Origin: an uncultured Planctomycetia bacterium
Lineage (GTDB): Bacteria; Omnitrophota; Gorgyraeia; 2-02-FULL-51-18
Length of the DNA stretch: 64,000 nucleotides
NCBI GenBank assembly: GCA_964612035.1
Contig: CAZTBX010000099.1
Span: 3,194-67,193, forward strand
Direction of reading: 5' to 3'
A program made the translations under genes and the position numbers. The notes below the pieces were generated by a model. That model saw nothing but the letters and a program-made list of their open reading frames with translations, was not told where the DNA came from and searched no databases. Positions 18,129-28,727 of the stretch are shown here, piece after piece. Numbering within the stretch: position 1 is the first letter of the stretch; each line of letters begins with the position of its first letter.

Positions 18129-18835
18129 GGATCTCAGCCATTGTTCCTGCCGCCGGCAAAAGCCGGCGCCTCGGCGGCCGGCTGGCAAAAGTGCTGAGGC
18201 CTCTCGGCGGGAAGCCTTTGATCGGGCATACGCTTGTAAACCTCGGGCGGGCATTCCATTTTCAGGAAGTCATAGTCGCTGCACAGCCGCGGCAGTTCGG
18301 TGAGCTGAAGCGTCTTTTTGGCCGTTTAGGCCTGAGCCGTACCCGCGTCGTGACAGGCGGATCCACGCGCGCCGCTTCGGTGAAGAACGCCGTGCTGGCC
18401 GTATCGGCTTCCAGCGACTGGGTGTTGATCCACGACGCGGCGAGGCCCCTCGTGCGGCCTGAAACCGTAAAGGCCGTGGTGGCGGCCGCCGAGAAGACGG
18501 GGGCGGCTATCTGCGCCTTGGCCGTGACCTCGACGGTGAAAAGAGCGGACGCGCGGAAAAAGATCATCCAGGGGACCGCGGACCGCTCAAGCCTGTTTTT
18601 GGCGCAGACGCCGCAGGTGTTCAAAAAAAAGTTGCTTCTGGGCCGCTATCTGCGCCTCGGCGCTAAGGCGCTACGCGCGACGGACGAGGCGGCGCTGTTT
18701 GACGGTTCCGGTGTCAGGGTCGCGATCGTGGCGGGAGATGCGGCCAATATCAAGATCACGACGCCGGACGATCTGGATCTTTTTCATTTTTATAAAAGAA
18801 AGGCGGGCAGGCGTGCGCATCGGCATCGGGTATGA
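18125..18835 (+). CDS. ispD: 2-C-methyl-D-erythritol 4-phosphate cytidylyltransferase
   Basis: N-terminal AIVPAAGKSRRLGG motif, 236 aa, followed by ispF. Confidence 0.85.
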   Translation: MRISAIVPAAGKSRRLGGRLAKVLRPLGGKPLIGHTLVNLGRAFHFQEVIVAAQPRQFGELKRLFGRLGLSRTRVVTGGSTRAASVKNAVLAVSASSDWVLIHDAARPLVRPETVKAVVAAAEKTGAAICALAVTSTVKRADARKKIIQGTADRSSLFLAQTPQVFKKKLLLGRYLRLGAKALRATDEAALFDGSGVRVAIVAGDAANIKITTPDDLDLFHFYKRKAGRRAHRHRV

Positions 18836-19289
18836 CATCCACGCGCTAAAGCGGGGCCGCCGGCTCGTGCTCGGGGGAGTGACTGTCCCGTTCCACAAGG
18901 GGCTGGACGGGCACTCGGATGGCGACGCGCTGTACCACGCCATCGTGGATGCCGTGTTGGGCGCATCGGGCAGCGGCGACATCGGGGATGTTTTCCCCGA
19001 TAGCGATCCGCGATATCGCGGGGCCGACAGCGCTCTTTTTGCCAAAAAAGCGATGCAGACGCTGAGGCGGAAAAAAATGAAGATCGTGCACATCGACTCG
19101 ATCGTGCTTGCGGAAGCGCCACACTTCGGACCTTACAAGGAAAAAATGAGGAAAAATATCGCGCGCGTGTTCGGCGTGCCGGTGGCACGTGTGGGACTCA
19201 AGGCAAAGACCAATGAAGGCTTCGGCCCCGTGGGTCGCGGCCAGGCCATCGCCTGCCATTCGGTGGTGTTGTTGAAAGGAAAAACCTGA
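18813..19289 (+). CDS. ispF: 2-C-methyl-D-erythritol 2,4-cyclodiphosphate synthase
   Basis: [22 protein letters not shown]...[18 protein letters not shown]. The likely GTG start at 18813 overlaps the ispD 3' end. The ORF track starts at 18699. Confidence 0.85.
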   Translation: MRIGIGYDIHALKRGRRLVLGGVTVPFHKGLDGHSDGDALYHAIVDAVLGASGSGDIGDVFPDSDPRYRGADSALFAKKAMQTLRRKKMKIVHIDSIVLAEAPHFGPYKEKMRKNIARVFGVPVARVGLKAKTNEGFGPVGRGQAIACHSVVLLKGKT

Positions 19290-19290
19290 T

Positions 19291-19899
19291 ATGGGCGAGC
19301 ATGAAACGCTGCGGCTGATAGCGGTCGTCGTTCTCGGCGTGGCGCTGTTGAAAATAATTTTGTACAAACTATTTTTCCAGGACGTGATCCGGGCGACGCT
19401 GGAACGGGACCCTGCGGCCACCGGCGATCTCGTGGTGATCTTCAGCTATTCGGGCATCGACGCGCTCTTTTTTTACCGCATCGCGCGCCTGTTTTTTTAT
19501 TCGGGGCTCAAGTTCCCCGCGAGGATGCTGTCGCAGTTCGCCCGCTGGCTCACGGGCATCGAGATACACCCGGGCGCTGAGATCGGAAAAGGCCTTTTCA
19601 TAGACCATGGGACCGGCGTCGTCATCGGCGAGACCTCGGTGATCGGGGACAACGTCACGATGTTCCAGGGTTCGACGCTGGGGGGCACCGGCAAGCAGAA
19701 AGGGAAGCGCCATCCAACTATCGGCAGCAACGTCGTCATCGGCGCCGGCGCCAAGATCCTCGGCAATATCCAGATCGGCGACAGCGTCAGCGTCGGAGCC
19801 AATGCCGTGGTGATCCAGGACGTGCCGCCGAACTCCACCGTCGTCGGCGTGCCGGGCCGCGTGGCCCGCCGCGAAGGGAAAAGGATCGACGAGAAGTAG
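19291..19899 (+). CDS. cysE: Serine O-acetyltransferase
   Basis: 202 aa with left-handed beta-helix hexapeptide repeats ([21 protein letters not shown]...[21 protein letters not shown]). It precedes cysS. Confidence 0.8.
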   Translation: MGEHETLRLIAVVVLGVALLKIILYKLFFQDVIRATLERDPAATGDLVVIFSYSGIDALFFYRIARLFFYSGLKFPARMLSQFARWLTGIEIHPGAEIGKGLFIDHGTGVVIGETSVIGDNVTMFQGSTLGGTGKQKGKRHPTIGSNVVIGAGAKILGNIQIGDSVSVGANAVVIQDVPPNSTVVGVPGRVARREGKRIDEK

Positions 19900-19906
19900 A
19901 ACGGCC

Positions 19907-21307
19907 ATGGCCCTCAAGATCTACAACTCGCTCACCCGCGAAAAAGAAACATTCCAGCCGTTGACTCCCGGGCAGGCCTCGTTGTATGCCTGCGGCCCCA
20001 CCGTGTACGACGAACCCCATATCGGCCACCTGCGCTCCGCCTACTTTTTTGACATGATCCGTGCCTATTTCGAATATTCGGGTTACCGTTTCCGTTTCGT
20101 GCGCAACGTCACGGACATTGATGACAAGATCATCGAGAAGGCGCGCCAGTCCGGAGGCCAGAACCTCGTTCTCGAAGTGCAAAAAGTGTCTCAGATCTAT
20201 TTTGAAAAGTACAAGAACGACCTGGCGCGGCTCGGCCTGCGCGATCCCGACGAGGAACCGCGTGCCACGAGCCACGTCGGCGCTATGCTGCAGCTGATCC
20301 AGCGCCTGATCGCGAAAGGCGTGGCGTATGAGAGCGGCGGCGACGTGTATTTCGAAGTGAAGGCGTTCAAGGGCTATGGCCGGCTGTCGCATCAGGACCA
20401 GGACGCGATGAAAAGCCACGTGCGCATCGACAAGAACGAGAAAAAAAGGGACGACCTGGACTTCGCGCTGTGGAAACGCGCCGGCACCGACGAGCCCGGC
20501 TGGGACAGCCCCTGGGGTCGCGGGCGGCCCGGCTGGCACATCGAGTGTTCGGCCATGAGCATGCAGTATCTCGGCGAAAGCTTCGACCTGCACGGCGGCG
20601 GCATTGACCTTATTTTTCCGCATCACGAGAATGAGATCGCCCAAAGCGAATCGGCGACGGGCCGGCCTTTCGTGCGCGCCTGGCTTCACCACGGCCTGGT
20701 CACCGTGGATCAACAGAAGATGTCCAAATCGCTGAAGAACTACGTGACCGTTTCACATATTTTGCAGAGCGGAGGCGAAGAGCTGGGGCTCGAGGCCCTG
20801 AGGCTCTTTTTTCTAGGCACGCATTACCGCGCGCCTCTCGATTATTCGGCGGAACAGATGAAAATGGAGCTTTCGGTCGCGAAGCGCTTTTTCTTTTTCT
20901 TCGAGGAAACGCGGCAGGTGAAAGGCATCGCCGCGAAAGGCAAGTTCGCCGACTTCGAAGCGGCGTTCCGCGCGGCCATGGACGACGATTTCAACACGCC
21001 AAAAGTGCTGACGCTGATGCATGAGCTGATGCGCGAGGCGCGGAAAAAAGCCGACTCCGGGACGCTTTTGGCCGCACGCGACCTTCTGAAACGCTGGGGA
21101 GCGCTTTTCCACCTTTTTGATCATGACAGACTGCTCGAGCGGCCGGCGGACGCATCGCTGGAGGAAGACATCCGGAAACGCCGCGAGGCCCGGAAGGCCA
21201 AAGAGTTCAAGGCGGCCGATGACATCCGCTCAAGGCTTCTCGCGCGCGGGATAGCGCTCACCGATCTTGAGGATGGCAGCACGATCTGGAGGTGTGAAAT
21301 TGACTAG
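19907..21307 (+). CDS. cysS: Cysteine--tRNA ligase
   Basis: Class I HIGH motif (PHIGHLRSA), KMSKS, and zinc-ligand cysteines. 466 aa. Confidence 0.9.
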   Translation: MALKIYNSLTREKETFQPLTPGQASLYACGPTVYDEPHIGHLRSAYFFDMIRAYFEYSGYRFRFVRNVTDIDDKIIEKARQSGGQNLVLEVQKVSQIYFEKYKNDLARLGLRDPDEEPRATSHVGAMLQLIQRLIAKGVAYESGGDVYFEVKAFKGYGRLSHQDQDAMKSHVRIDKNEKKRDDLDFALWKRAGTDEPGWDSPWGRGRPGWHIECSAMSMQYLGESFDLHGGGIDLIFPHHENEIAQSESATGRPFVRAWLHHGLVTVDQQKMSKSLKNYVTVSHILQSGGEELGLEALRLFFLGTHYRAPLDYSAEQMKMELSVAKRFFFFFEETRQVKGIAAKGKFADFEAAFRAAMDDDFNTPKVLTLMHELMREARKKADSGTLLAARDLLKRWGALFHLFDHDRLLERPADASLEEDIRKRREARKAKEFKAADDIRSRLLARGIALTDLEDGSTIWRCEID

Positions 21308-21932
21308 AAAAAAAGGTGTGCTCATCACGCTCGAGGGCAACGAGGGCTGCGGGAAGTCCACGCAGATAGGCCTCCTGGCCCGTGCCCTGCGCCGCAGAGG
21401 CAAAAAAGTTTTCGTGACGCGTGAACCGGGCGGCACGCGCGTGAGCGATGCGATACGCTCGGTGCTTCTCGACAACCGCCACCGAAGCATGACCGGCGTG
21501 TGCGAGACGCTGCTGTACATGGCCAGCCGTGCGCAGCTGATCGCCGAAGTGGTAAAACCCAGGCTTGAAAAAGGGTTCGTTGTCCTCTGTGACCGCTGGC
21601 TCGACGCCACCGTGGCCTATCAGGGTTTCGGTGAGGGTGTGGACATTGGCTGGATACGGACGCTTGGCCGCGAAGTGACGCAGGGCATCGCGCCGGACCT
21701 CAGCCTCTACATCGATATTCCCGTTCGCGTCGGCCTCGCGCGCGCCAAAAAAAGGCGCTCGCCTGACCGCATGGAAAAAAAAGACATCGTGTTCCACGAA
21801 CGCGTGCGCCGGGGCTACCTGCATATCGCGAAAACTGAAGGCCGTCGCTTCAAGCGCATCGAGGCGCGTGAGCACGATTCATCCAAGACCATTCATGAGC
21901 GCATCCAAAAGGCGGTTCACTGTGTCCTTTAA
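21294..21932 (+). CDS. tmk: Thymidylate kinase
   Basis: P-loop LEGNEGCGKSTQ, DRWLDATVAYQG and a lid region. The start is uncertain (GTG at 21294 or TTG at 21300). The ORF track starts at 21267. Confidence 0.8.
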   Translation: MKLTRKKGVLITLEGNEGCGKSTQIGLLARALRRRGKKVFVTREPGGTRVSDAIRSVLLDNRHRSMTGVCETLLYMASRAQLIAEVVKPRLEKGFVVLCDRWLDATVAYQGFGEGVDIGWIRTLGREVTQGIAPDLSLYIDIPVRVGLARAKKRRSPDRMEKKDIVFHERVRRGYLHIAKTEGRRFKRIEAREHDSSKTIHERIQKAVHCVL

Positions 21933-22800
21933 AGAGCTGGAGTCTCTGCAGCCATCCGTCATCGGCTCGCTGAGAGCCATGCTTTCTAGGCACCGGCTGC
22001 CGCACGCGCTTCTTTTCGAGGGCCCTCAGGCATCGGGACAAATGGAGATCGCCCGGGCGCTGGCCAAGATCCTTTTCTGTGAAAAACCCGGGGACGAGGC
22101 CTGTGATGCTTGCGCGGACTGCCGCCTGGCCGATGCCGGGGCGCACCCCGACTTTTTTCTGCTGCAACCCGAAGCCGATTCGCGGACCATCAAGATGGAG
22201 GAGGTGCGGACAATGCTCACGCGCGTCTCGCTGAGGCCGCTTCGCGCAAAATTCAAGGTATTTCTGGTACACCGGGCCGAATGCCTGAATGAGGTCGGCC
22301 AAAGTGCGCTCTTGAAAACGCTCGAGGAGCCGGAAGGAAACTCGGTGTTCATTCTCATCAGCCACGCGCCGGAGGCGATACTCGCCACCGTCCGCTCACG
22401 CTCTCAGGCCCTGAATTTTCGTCCGAGGCCGGTGAGCGACGAGGAAAGCGCCGAGATAGAGCCGGCCAAAAAAGCCATCGTGGAATTCGTGATGAACCGC
22501 GGCCGTTATCCAGCGCCCGATCTGGGCCCGCTGGACAGGACGCAGCTTTTGGCCGTGCTCGAGACGGTCATCGTTTTTTTCAGAGACGCCATGGTTCTGG
22601 CTGAAAGCGCGGACGAAATGCTTTCAGGTCCCGAAGACAGGGGAGCGAAGCAAAAATGTGCGCAATCATTTTCCATCGAGGAGATACTCGACACGCTGGA
22701 GACGGTGGGCGAATTCAAAGAAAAACTGTTGTCCAACGTGAACCTGAAGCTGGCGCTTTCCGTTTTCTGGGACAGGCTTCTCGCGGTGGCATCCGCATGA
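21895..22800 (+). CDS. holB: DNA polymerase III delta-prime subunit
   Basis: Clamp-loader AAA+ fold lacking a canonical Walker A (LPHALLFEGPQASGQ). Zinc-module cysteines (CDACADC). Its position after tmk matches the conserved tmk-holB pairing. Confidence 0.7.
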   Translation: MSASKRRFTVSFKELESLQPSVIGSLRAMLSRHRLPHALLFEGPQASGQMEIARALAKILFCEKPGDEACDACADCRLADAGAHPDFFLLQPEADSRTIKMEEVRTMLTRVSLRPLRAKFKVFLVHRAECLNEVGQSALLKTLEEPEGNSVFILISHAPEAILATVRSRSQALNFRPRPVSDEESAEIEPAKKAIVEFVMNRGRYPAPDLGPLDRTQLLAVLETVIVFFRDAMVLAESADEMLSGPEDRGAKQKCAQSFSIEEILDTLETVGEFKEKLLSNVNLKLALSVFWDRLLAVASA

Positions 22801-24350
22801 GCGACCGCTACTATCTCACGACGCCGCTTTATTACGTGAATTCCAGGCCGCATGTCGGTCATTCGTACACGAATATCGCCGCGGACGCGCTGGCCAGGTT
22901 TCAGCGTCAACGGGGGAAAGAGGTGCTTTTTCTGACTGGCACCGACGAGCATGGGCAGAAGATAGACCGGGCGGCCCGCGAGGCCGGCATGTCCCCGAAG
23001 GAATTCACGGACAAAATTTCCCAGACCTTTGTCAGTCTTTGGAAGACGTTGAACATATCCTACGACGATTTTATCCGGACGACGGAAGCCCGCCACAAGG
23101 AAACCGTGGGATACGTTTGGAATAAGATCAAAGACGCCGAAGTGTTGGTGAACGGCAGATCCGAAAAGGTCTTATACCGGCACACCTACGACGGATATTA
23201 TTGCGTTTCCTGCGAAACTTTCATCACCGAAGGGCTGTTGGATCCCAACAACCCCGCGATGTGTCCGGATTGCAAACGGCCGCTCGAGCGGATGAAAGAG
23301 GAGACATACTTTTTCAGGATGTCGGCCTATCAGGAGCGGCTCATGGCCGATATTCGCCAGGGCAGGATGAAAGTACTACCGGAATCGCGCCGCAAGGAGG
23401 TGCTGGGATTTCTCGAACACAACCGCCTCGCGGACCTCAGCGTCTCACGCCCCGTCAGCAGGCTGTCATGGGGCATCCCATTGCCGTTCGACAAGGACCA
23501 CGTGACCTACGTCTGGTTCGACGCGCTGATCAATTATATTTCCGCCTGCGGTTACGGGCGGGACGAGAAATTGTTCAAGAAATGGTGGCCGGCAGGCGTC
23601 CATATCATCGGCAAAGACATACTCCGGCATCATGCGGTGATATGGCCGGTGCTTTTGTACGCTTTGGATATTCCAATGCCCCAAATGATATTTGCCCACG
23701 GCTGGTGGGTGCAGGGCGGCGAAAAAATGTCGAAATCACGCGGGAACGTCACCGACCCCGTCGAGATCGTCAAAACATACGGAGTGGATGCCACCCGTTA
23801 TTTCCTGCTCCGGGAAACGGCATTCGGACAAGATGGCACTTTCAGTGAACAGGCGCTGATACTCCGCTACAACACGGACCTGGCGAACGATCTGGGAAAT
23901 CTGCTGCATCGGACGCTCACGATGTGCGAAAAATATTTTGAAGGCAGTGTGCCCGGGCTCGCAAAGGACTTCTTGAGTAAGCTCGGGAAAGACCACCCGT
24001 TCGCCGTTAAGACATCCGCTCTGCTGGATAATTTGGATCATTTGCCGACGGATCTAGTACCTCTCATGGACAGACTGGCATTCTCGGAAGCGCTGGAAAG
24101 AATATGGGTGGTCATTGACCTCGGCAATAAATACATCGAGTCCGCCGCGCCATGGAAAATGTGGAAAGAGAACAAGACCGACGAAGTGAAGATGCTGATC
24201 GCCGTGCTGCATCAGAGCCTTCAGGCCATCAGCGTCGCCGTTTCTCCGTTCATGCCGACTGTCGCGGAATCCATGAAACGGCAGTTGGGCGCCGGCGGTC
24301 CCAAGATAGCCAAAGGCGTGCCTATATTTCCAAGGATTGAAGTTAAATAA
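22797..24350 (+). CDS. metG: Methionine--tRNA ligase
   Basis: Begins MSDRYYLTTPLYYVNSRPHVGHSYT with the HIGH region and has a KMSKS motif. The ATG at 22797 overlaps the holB stop. Confidence 0.9.
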   Translation: MSDRYYLTTPLYYVNSRPHVGHSYTNIAADALARFQRQRGKEVLFLTGTDEHGQKIDRAAREAGMSPKEFTDKISQTFVSLWKTLNISYDDFIRTTEARHKETVGYVWNKIKDAEVLVNGRSEKVLYRHTYDGYYCVSCETFITEGLLDPNNPAMCPDCKRPLERMKEETYFFRMSAYQERLMADIRQGRMKVLPESRRKEVLGFLEHNRLADLSVSRPVSRLSWGIPLPFDKDHVTYVWFDALINYISACGYGRDEKLFKKWWPAGVHIIGKDILRHHAVIWPVLLYALDIPMPQMIFAHGWWVQGGEKMSKSRGNVTDPVEIVKTYGVDATRYFLLRETAFGQDGTFSEQALILRYNTDLANDLGNLLHRTLTMCEKYFEGSVPGLAKDFLSKLGKDHPFAVKTSALLDNLDHLPTDLVPLMDRLAFSEALERIWVVIDLGNKYIESAAPWKMWKENKTDEVKMLIAVLHQSLQAISVAVSPFMPTVAESMKRQLGAGGPKIAKGVPIFPRIEVK

Positions 24351-25528
24351 TGGAAGCTTATTTAGATTACAACTCCACCACTCCTATTGACCCCGAAGTG
24401 TTCGAGGCCATGAAGCCTTGCTATGGCCCGCTATTCGCCAACGCCTCGAGCTTTCACCAGAGAGGCCAGGCGGCGCGTCATGCCATCGAGGCGGCGCGCG
24501 AAAGCATTGCCGCCGCGCTCGAAGTGGAACCCGGTGACATCGTGTTCACTTCCGGCGGCACCGAAGCGGACAACCTGGCGGTGAAAGGGGCGATGGAAAT
24601 GGCCGCCTCTGGGAGGGATCATCTCATCGTGTCGCAGATCGAGCATCAGGCGGTGCTGTATCCGGCCCAGCAGTTCGAGAAAAAGGGTTTTCGCGTGAGC
24701 TTTGCGCCTGTCGACTCGAGCGGCCTCGTGGACCTCGAATTTCTGAAACGCGAGATCACGGACAGAACGGCGCTCGTGAGCCTCATGCACGTGAACAATG
24801 AAACCGGTGTCGTGCAGCCGGTAGAAGAGGCCGCGCGCCTGGCACACGCCAAAGGCGCTTTTTTTCACTGCGACGCCGTGCAATCCTTCGGCAAGCTTGA
24901 ATTTCACCCGGAACAGTGGGGTTTTGACCTCGTATCGTTGTCCGCGCATAAGATCTGCGGCCCGAAAGGGGCGGGGGCGCTTTATGTGAGAAAAGGCGTG
25001 AAGCTGAAGGCCCAGACGCATGGGGGGCATCAGGAAAAAAATATCCGACCCGGCACCGAGAACGTGGCTGCCATCGTGGGTTTCGGAAAGGCCGTGGAGC
25101 TGGCCGAGAAAAAGAGAGAATCTGAAGCCACGCGCGTGAAGGCGCTGCGCGACAGGCTCGAAGAGGGGATGTTGCGTGCCGTGAAAGGTTCTGCCGTGAA
25201 CGGTGTTCGCGAACGGCGCGTCTATAACACGCTCAGCGTTTCATTCGACGGTTTGGACGGCGAGACGCTGCTCATGAACTTGGACCTGAAAAATATTTTC
25301 GTATCCACGGGGTCGGCATGCACCGCCGGGTCTGTGGAACCATCGCATGTACTCGTTGCGATGGGTCTTGCCGAATCGCTGGCGCGCAGCACCCTCCGTT
25401 TTTCTCTCGGCCGTTTCACCACGGAAGCGGAGGTTGACTACGCCCTGCGAGAGCTGCCCGGTATCGTGGAGCGGCTGCGGCGGTCTTCGACGACGGTAAA
25501 ACCGGTCACTCACGGAAAACTCCCGTAA
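24350..25528 (+). CDS. Cysteine desulfurase (NifS/IscS-like class V aminotransferase)
   Basis: 392 aa with a PLP-lysine region (SLSAHKICGPKGAGALYVRKG) and a C-terminal active-site Cys loop (STGSACTAGS). Confidence 0.8.
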   Translation: MEAYLDYNSTTPIDPEVFEAMKPCYGPLFANASSFHQRGQAARHAIEAARESIAAALEVEPGDIVFTSGGTEADNLAVKGAMEMAASGRDHLIVSQIEHQAVLYPAQQFEKKGFRVSFAPVDSSGLVDLEFLKREITDRTALVSLMHVNNETGVVQPVEEAARLAHAKGAFFHCDAVQSFGKLEFHPEQWGFDLVSLSAHKICGPKGAGALYVRKGVKLKAQTHGGHQEKNIRPGTENVAAIVGFGKAVELAEKKRESEATRVKALRDRLEEGMLRAVKGSAVNGVRERRVYNTLSVSFDGLDGETLLMNLDLKNIFVSTGSACTAGSVEPSHVLVAMGLAESLARSTLRFSLGRFTTEAEVDYALRELPGIVERLRRSSTTVKPVTHGKLP

Positions 25529-25538
25529 AGAAAACAGA

Positions 25539-26315
25539 ATGATCGTAGACACTCATTGTCATTTGCATTTCGACGCCTTTGACGCCGACCGTGACGCGGT
25601 TATTCAGCGCGCCCGCGAATTCGGGGTCGAATACCTCGTCAACGTCGGCACCGACCCCGCCACGAACGAGGCCGCCTGGGCGCTCGCTTCGAAAAACGAA
25701 CACATGTGGAGCACGGCTGGTATGCACCCTCATCATGCGCATGAAGCGGGTGAAGAACACCTGGATGCCATGCGTCACTTCATCGATGAAAAAAAGCCCG
25801 TGGCTGTTGGTGAAATAGGTCTCGATTTTATCAAAAGCGAGGCGGACCCCGATTCACAGAAAAAGGTATTTGCCCGCATGCTGCAGGTGGCCAAAGAAAA
25901 AGGCCTGCCAGTCATCATCCACTCGCGTGAAGCGCTGGACGACACGCTAGCAGTGCTGAAAAGCGAAGCGCCGGGCATACGCGGCGTGATGCACTGTTTT
26001 TCATATGACATGGAGGGGCTAAAAAAAGTACTGGATATCGGTTTCATGGTCTCCTTCACCTGCAATCTCACTTTCAAGAACGCGGGACCGCTTCTCGAGG
26101 TGGCGAAGAAGGCGCCCATCGAGCGTTTCATGCTCGAGACCGATTCGCCGTATTTGGCGCCTCAGATCTATCGCGGGAAAAGGAACGAGCCGTGCTGTCT
26201 CCGGAACCTCGTGGACTTCCTGGCCGAACAGAGAGGGATGAGCGTCGAGGCGCTTGAGCTGGCCACCACCGAGAACGCCGTCGCCTTTTTCGGGTTGAAA
26301 GCCCAGAAGCCATGA
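25539..26315 (+). CDS. tatD: TatD-family metal-dependent hydrolase
   Basis: IVDTHCHL start with His/Glu/Asp metal ligands spread along 258 aa. Confidence 0.8.
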   Translation: MIVDTHCHLHFDAFDADRDAVIQRAREFGVEYLVNVGTDPATNEAAWALASKNEHMWSTAGMHPHHAHEAGEEHLDAMRHFIDEKKPVAVGEIGLDFIKSEADPDSQKKVFARMLQVAKEKGLPVIIHSREALDDTLAVLKSEAPGIRGVMHCFSYDMEGLKKVLDIGFMVSFTCNLTFKNAGPLLEVAKKAPIERFMLETDSPYLAPQIYRGKRNEPCCLRNLVDFLAEQRGMSVEALELATTENAVAFFGLKAQKP

Positions 26316-27352
26316 AAAGCGTTTTTGCCGGCCACAAAGCCACGATCTTTATGTTGCTAGTGGCGTCTCTTTTTTACGCGGCCCTCCTTTTCGTCGGGCA
26401 GCCGGCATCGAGATCCGGCGGTGTCGAGCCGGCGCGCGTCGTCCAAAGCCGGCAGCTGCAGGAGATCCGGCAGAGGGAAGAGGTGTTCCGCGAAAATTTC
26501 CGCCGCCATTCGGGAGCCGTGCAGGTTTTTTCTTTCGGGTTCTTGACGCTCTTTTTTTTAGGCCTTTATTTGGACACACGACTGATCGCGGCGCGCAGGG
26601 CTGGCCGACCCTGGATCCCTGGCGGACGCGGGATCGCAGCGTCTCCCTGGGGCCTTTTGGATGCGGCGCAGGTCGTCGCTTTTCTTTTTTTCTCCGAAGT
26701 CGTCATTTCCGGTGTGGAGATGGCGGCGCTTTTTTTCGGGTTCAAACCCATTCCCGGCGAACTGCTTCTCATGCTGAACAGTTTTGTGCGCAATCTCGCC
26801 GTGGCTATTTTCATCGTCTGGCTGGTGCGGAAAAAGTTCGGCCGGTCGCTTGAGGACATCGGCCTCACCGCGACAGATCTCTCGAAGAACGTGAAGCTCG
26901 GCCTTGTCGGTTATGTCGCCATGGTCCCGTTCCTCGTCCTGTCCCTGATGGCGTTGACGGCCTTGTCCCAACTTTATTCGTATGAACCGCCGCCGCAGAA
27001 AGTTGTGCAGATCTTTTTGGAGCAAGCCTCGGAGCCTTATCTTCTTTTTTTCACTTTTTTTGTGGCACTGCTCGGGCCGGTGATCGAGGAGATCTTTTTC
27101 AGGGGGTTTGCGTACAAGGCGCTGCGTTCGCGATACGGGGCCAGGCGGGCGATGATAGCGACGGCGGCCGTGTTCGCCCTGTTCCACATGAATCTTTTTA
27201 TTTTTCTGCCCATATTCGTGCTCGGGATATTTCTAGCGTATCTTTATGAAAAAACGGGGTCGCTGGTGCCTTCGATCACCGCGCATGTCGCGCACAACCT
27301 GATCATGGTCACGCTCACGCTGTTCTTCAGGGCGCTGTCCGTACCCGCATGA
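26312..27352 (+). CDS. CPBP-family (CAAX) intramembrane metalloprotease
   Basis: Multi-TM protein with motifs EEIFFRGF, FALFHM and HVAHN. Confidence 0.7.
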   Translation: MKSVFAGHKATIFMLLVASLFYAALLFVGQPASRSGGVEPARVVQSRQLQEIRQREEVFRENFRRHSGAVQVFSFGFLTLFFLGLYLDTRLIAARRAGRPWIPGGRGIAASPWGLLDAAQVVAFLFFSEVVISGVEMAALFFGFKPIPGELLLMLNSFVRNLAVAIFIVWLVRKKFGRSLEDIGLTATDLSKNVKLGLVGYVAMVPFLVLSLMALTALSQLYSYEPPPQKVVQIFLEQASEPYLLFFTFFVALLGPVIEEIFFRGFAYKALRSRYGARRAMIATAAVFALFHMNLFIFLPIFVLGIFLAYLYEKTGSLVPSITAHVAHNLIMVTLTLFFRALSVPA

Positions 27353-28266
27353 GCCGTCGCCTGAGATCTCTAGGGGAGTTCGAGCTCATCCGGCGCATCC
27401 GCCGCCGTGTGCCTCGCGGTCGCTCGGTGAGCGTTGGCATCGGCGACGATGCCGCGGCCGTGCGGATGAAACCAGGCAAAGAGACGCTTTTTACGACGGA
27501 CCTTCTCATCGAGGGGACGCATTTCCGTCTATCGGAAGCGAGTGCAGGCGACATCGGGCGCAAGGCGCTTGCCGTCAACATCAGTGACATCGCGGCCATG
27601 GGTGGCTTGCCGCGCCATGCGGTGGTGGGGCTCGGTGTTCCGGGGCGCTGCCCGGTGCGTTTCGTCGACGAATTTTATAGAGGGCTGCTCAAGCTTGCGC
27701 GCGAATTCGGCGTGTCGGTGGTCGGGGGGGACACGGTGAGGGCCAGCCGCATTGTCGTGTCTGTCGCGCTTCTCGGTGAGGCGGATAAAAAAACCATGGC
27801 CAGGCGCTCGGGGGCCAAAGTAGGCGACGTGCTATTCGTGACAGGGGCGCTCGGCGCTTCTTATCCGACAAAAAAACACCTGCATTTCACGCCACGCGTC
27901 TCGGAGGCGCAGTTTCTCGTCAAAAATTTTCATATTCACGCCATGATGGACATTTCGGACGGCCTGGCCTCGGACCTGTTCCGCATCGCCGAAGAAAGCC
28001 GCGTCGGGGTCTGGATAGCCGCCGAGGCCGTGCCGCTCACGCCGGGCGCCACGCTCGAGCAGGGTCTTTCCGACGGCGAGGATTTCGAGCTTTTATTCGC
28101 GCTTTCCCCAAAAGACGCGGCGGCGCTGACGCTCGATAAGGCCGGTCAACGCAGCGGTCTCTATCACCCGATCGGAAAGATCGTTGAGCGCCGGCACGGC
28201 ATACGGCTCGTGAGGCGCGGGGTCGCCGAAGCGATGGAACAGAAAGGTTACAAACATTTTCGGTGA
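27349..28266 (+). CDS. thiL: Thiamine-monophosphate kinase
   Basis: AIR-synthase-related fold (GEFELIRRI, GIGDDAAAV, DLLIEGTHF, NISDIAAMGG). Confidence 0.8.
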   Translation: MSRRLRSLGEFELIRRIRRRVPRGRSVSVGIGDDAAAVRMKPGKETLFTTDLLIEGTHFRLSEASAGDIGRKALAVNISDIAAMGGLPRHAVVGLGVPGRCPVRFVDEFYRGLLKLAREFGVSVVGGDTVRASRIVVSVALLGEADKKTMARRSGAKVGDVLFVTGALGASYPTKKHLHFTPRVSEAQFLVKNFHIHAMMDISDGLASDLFRIAEESRVGVWIAAEAVPLTPGATLEQGLSDGEDFELLFALSPKDAAALTLDKAGQRSGLYHPIGKIVERRHGIRLVRRGVAEAMEQKGYKHFR

Positions 28267-28727
28267 TAAAAATGATATCCCGCTCGCCGTCTGAAACGAA
28301 AAGAATAGGTCTGCGCATCGGCCGCCGACTCGGAGCCGGTGACGTCGTCGCGCTCCACGGGCCGCTTGGCTCTGGGAAAACCACGCTCGTGAAGGGAATA
28401 GCGCGTGGCCTGGGTCATCGCCGCGAAAAGGACGTCTTGAGCCCCACATTCGTCGTCATCCATGAGTATGCGGGGCGTGAAAAAATATTTCACCTCGACT
28501 GGTACCGGCTGTCTTCGGTGCGTGGCGTGGACAGAGAGCTTGCCGAGGAATGTTTTTCCGCCAGTGCCGTGACGCTTGTCGAATGGCCCGAGAGAGGCCG
28601 ATCCATTTTACCGAAAGATAGGATAGAAGTGACGCTCGGCCATTGTGGCGGGGATTCGCGCAGCATCCACATTTGCGGCCGTGGCACGAGGCGGCGATGG
28701 GCGCTGTCGCGCGGGAAACATCGATGA
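28263..28727 (+). CDS. tsaE: tRNA t6A37 biosynthesis protein TsaE
   Basis: 154 aa with P-loop LHGPLGSGKTTLVKGI. Confidence 0.8.
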   Translation: MIKMISRSPSETKRIGLRIGRRLGAGDVVALHGPLGSGKTTLVKGIARGLGHRREKDVLSPTFVVIHEYAGREKIFHLDWYRLSSVRGVDRELAEECFSASAVTLVEWPERGRSILPKDRIEVTLGHCGGDSRSIHICGRGTRRRWALSRGKHR

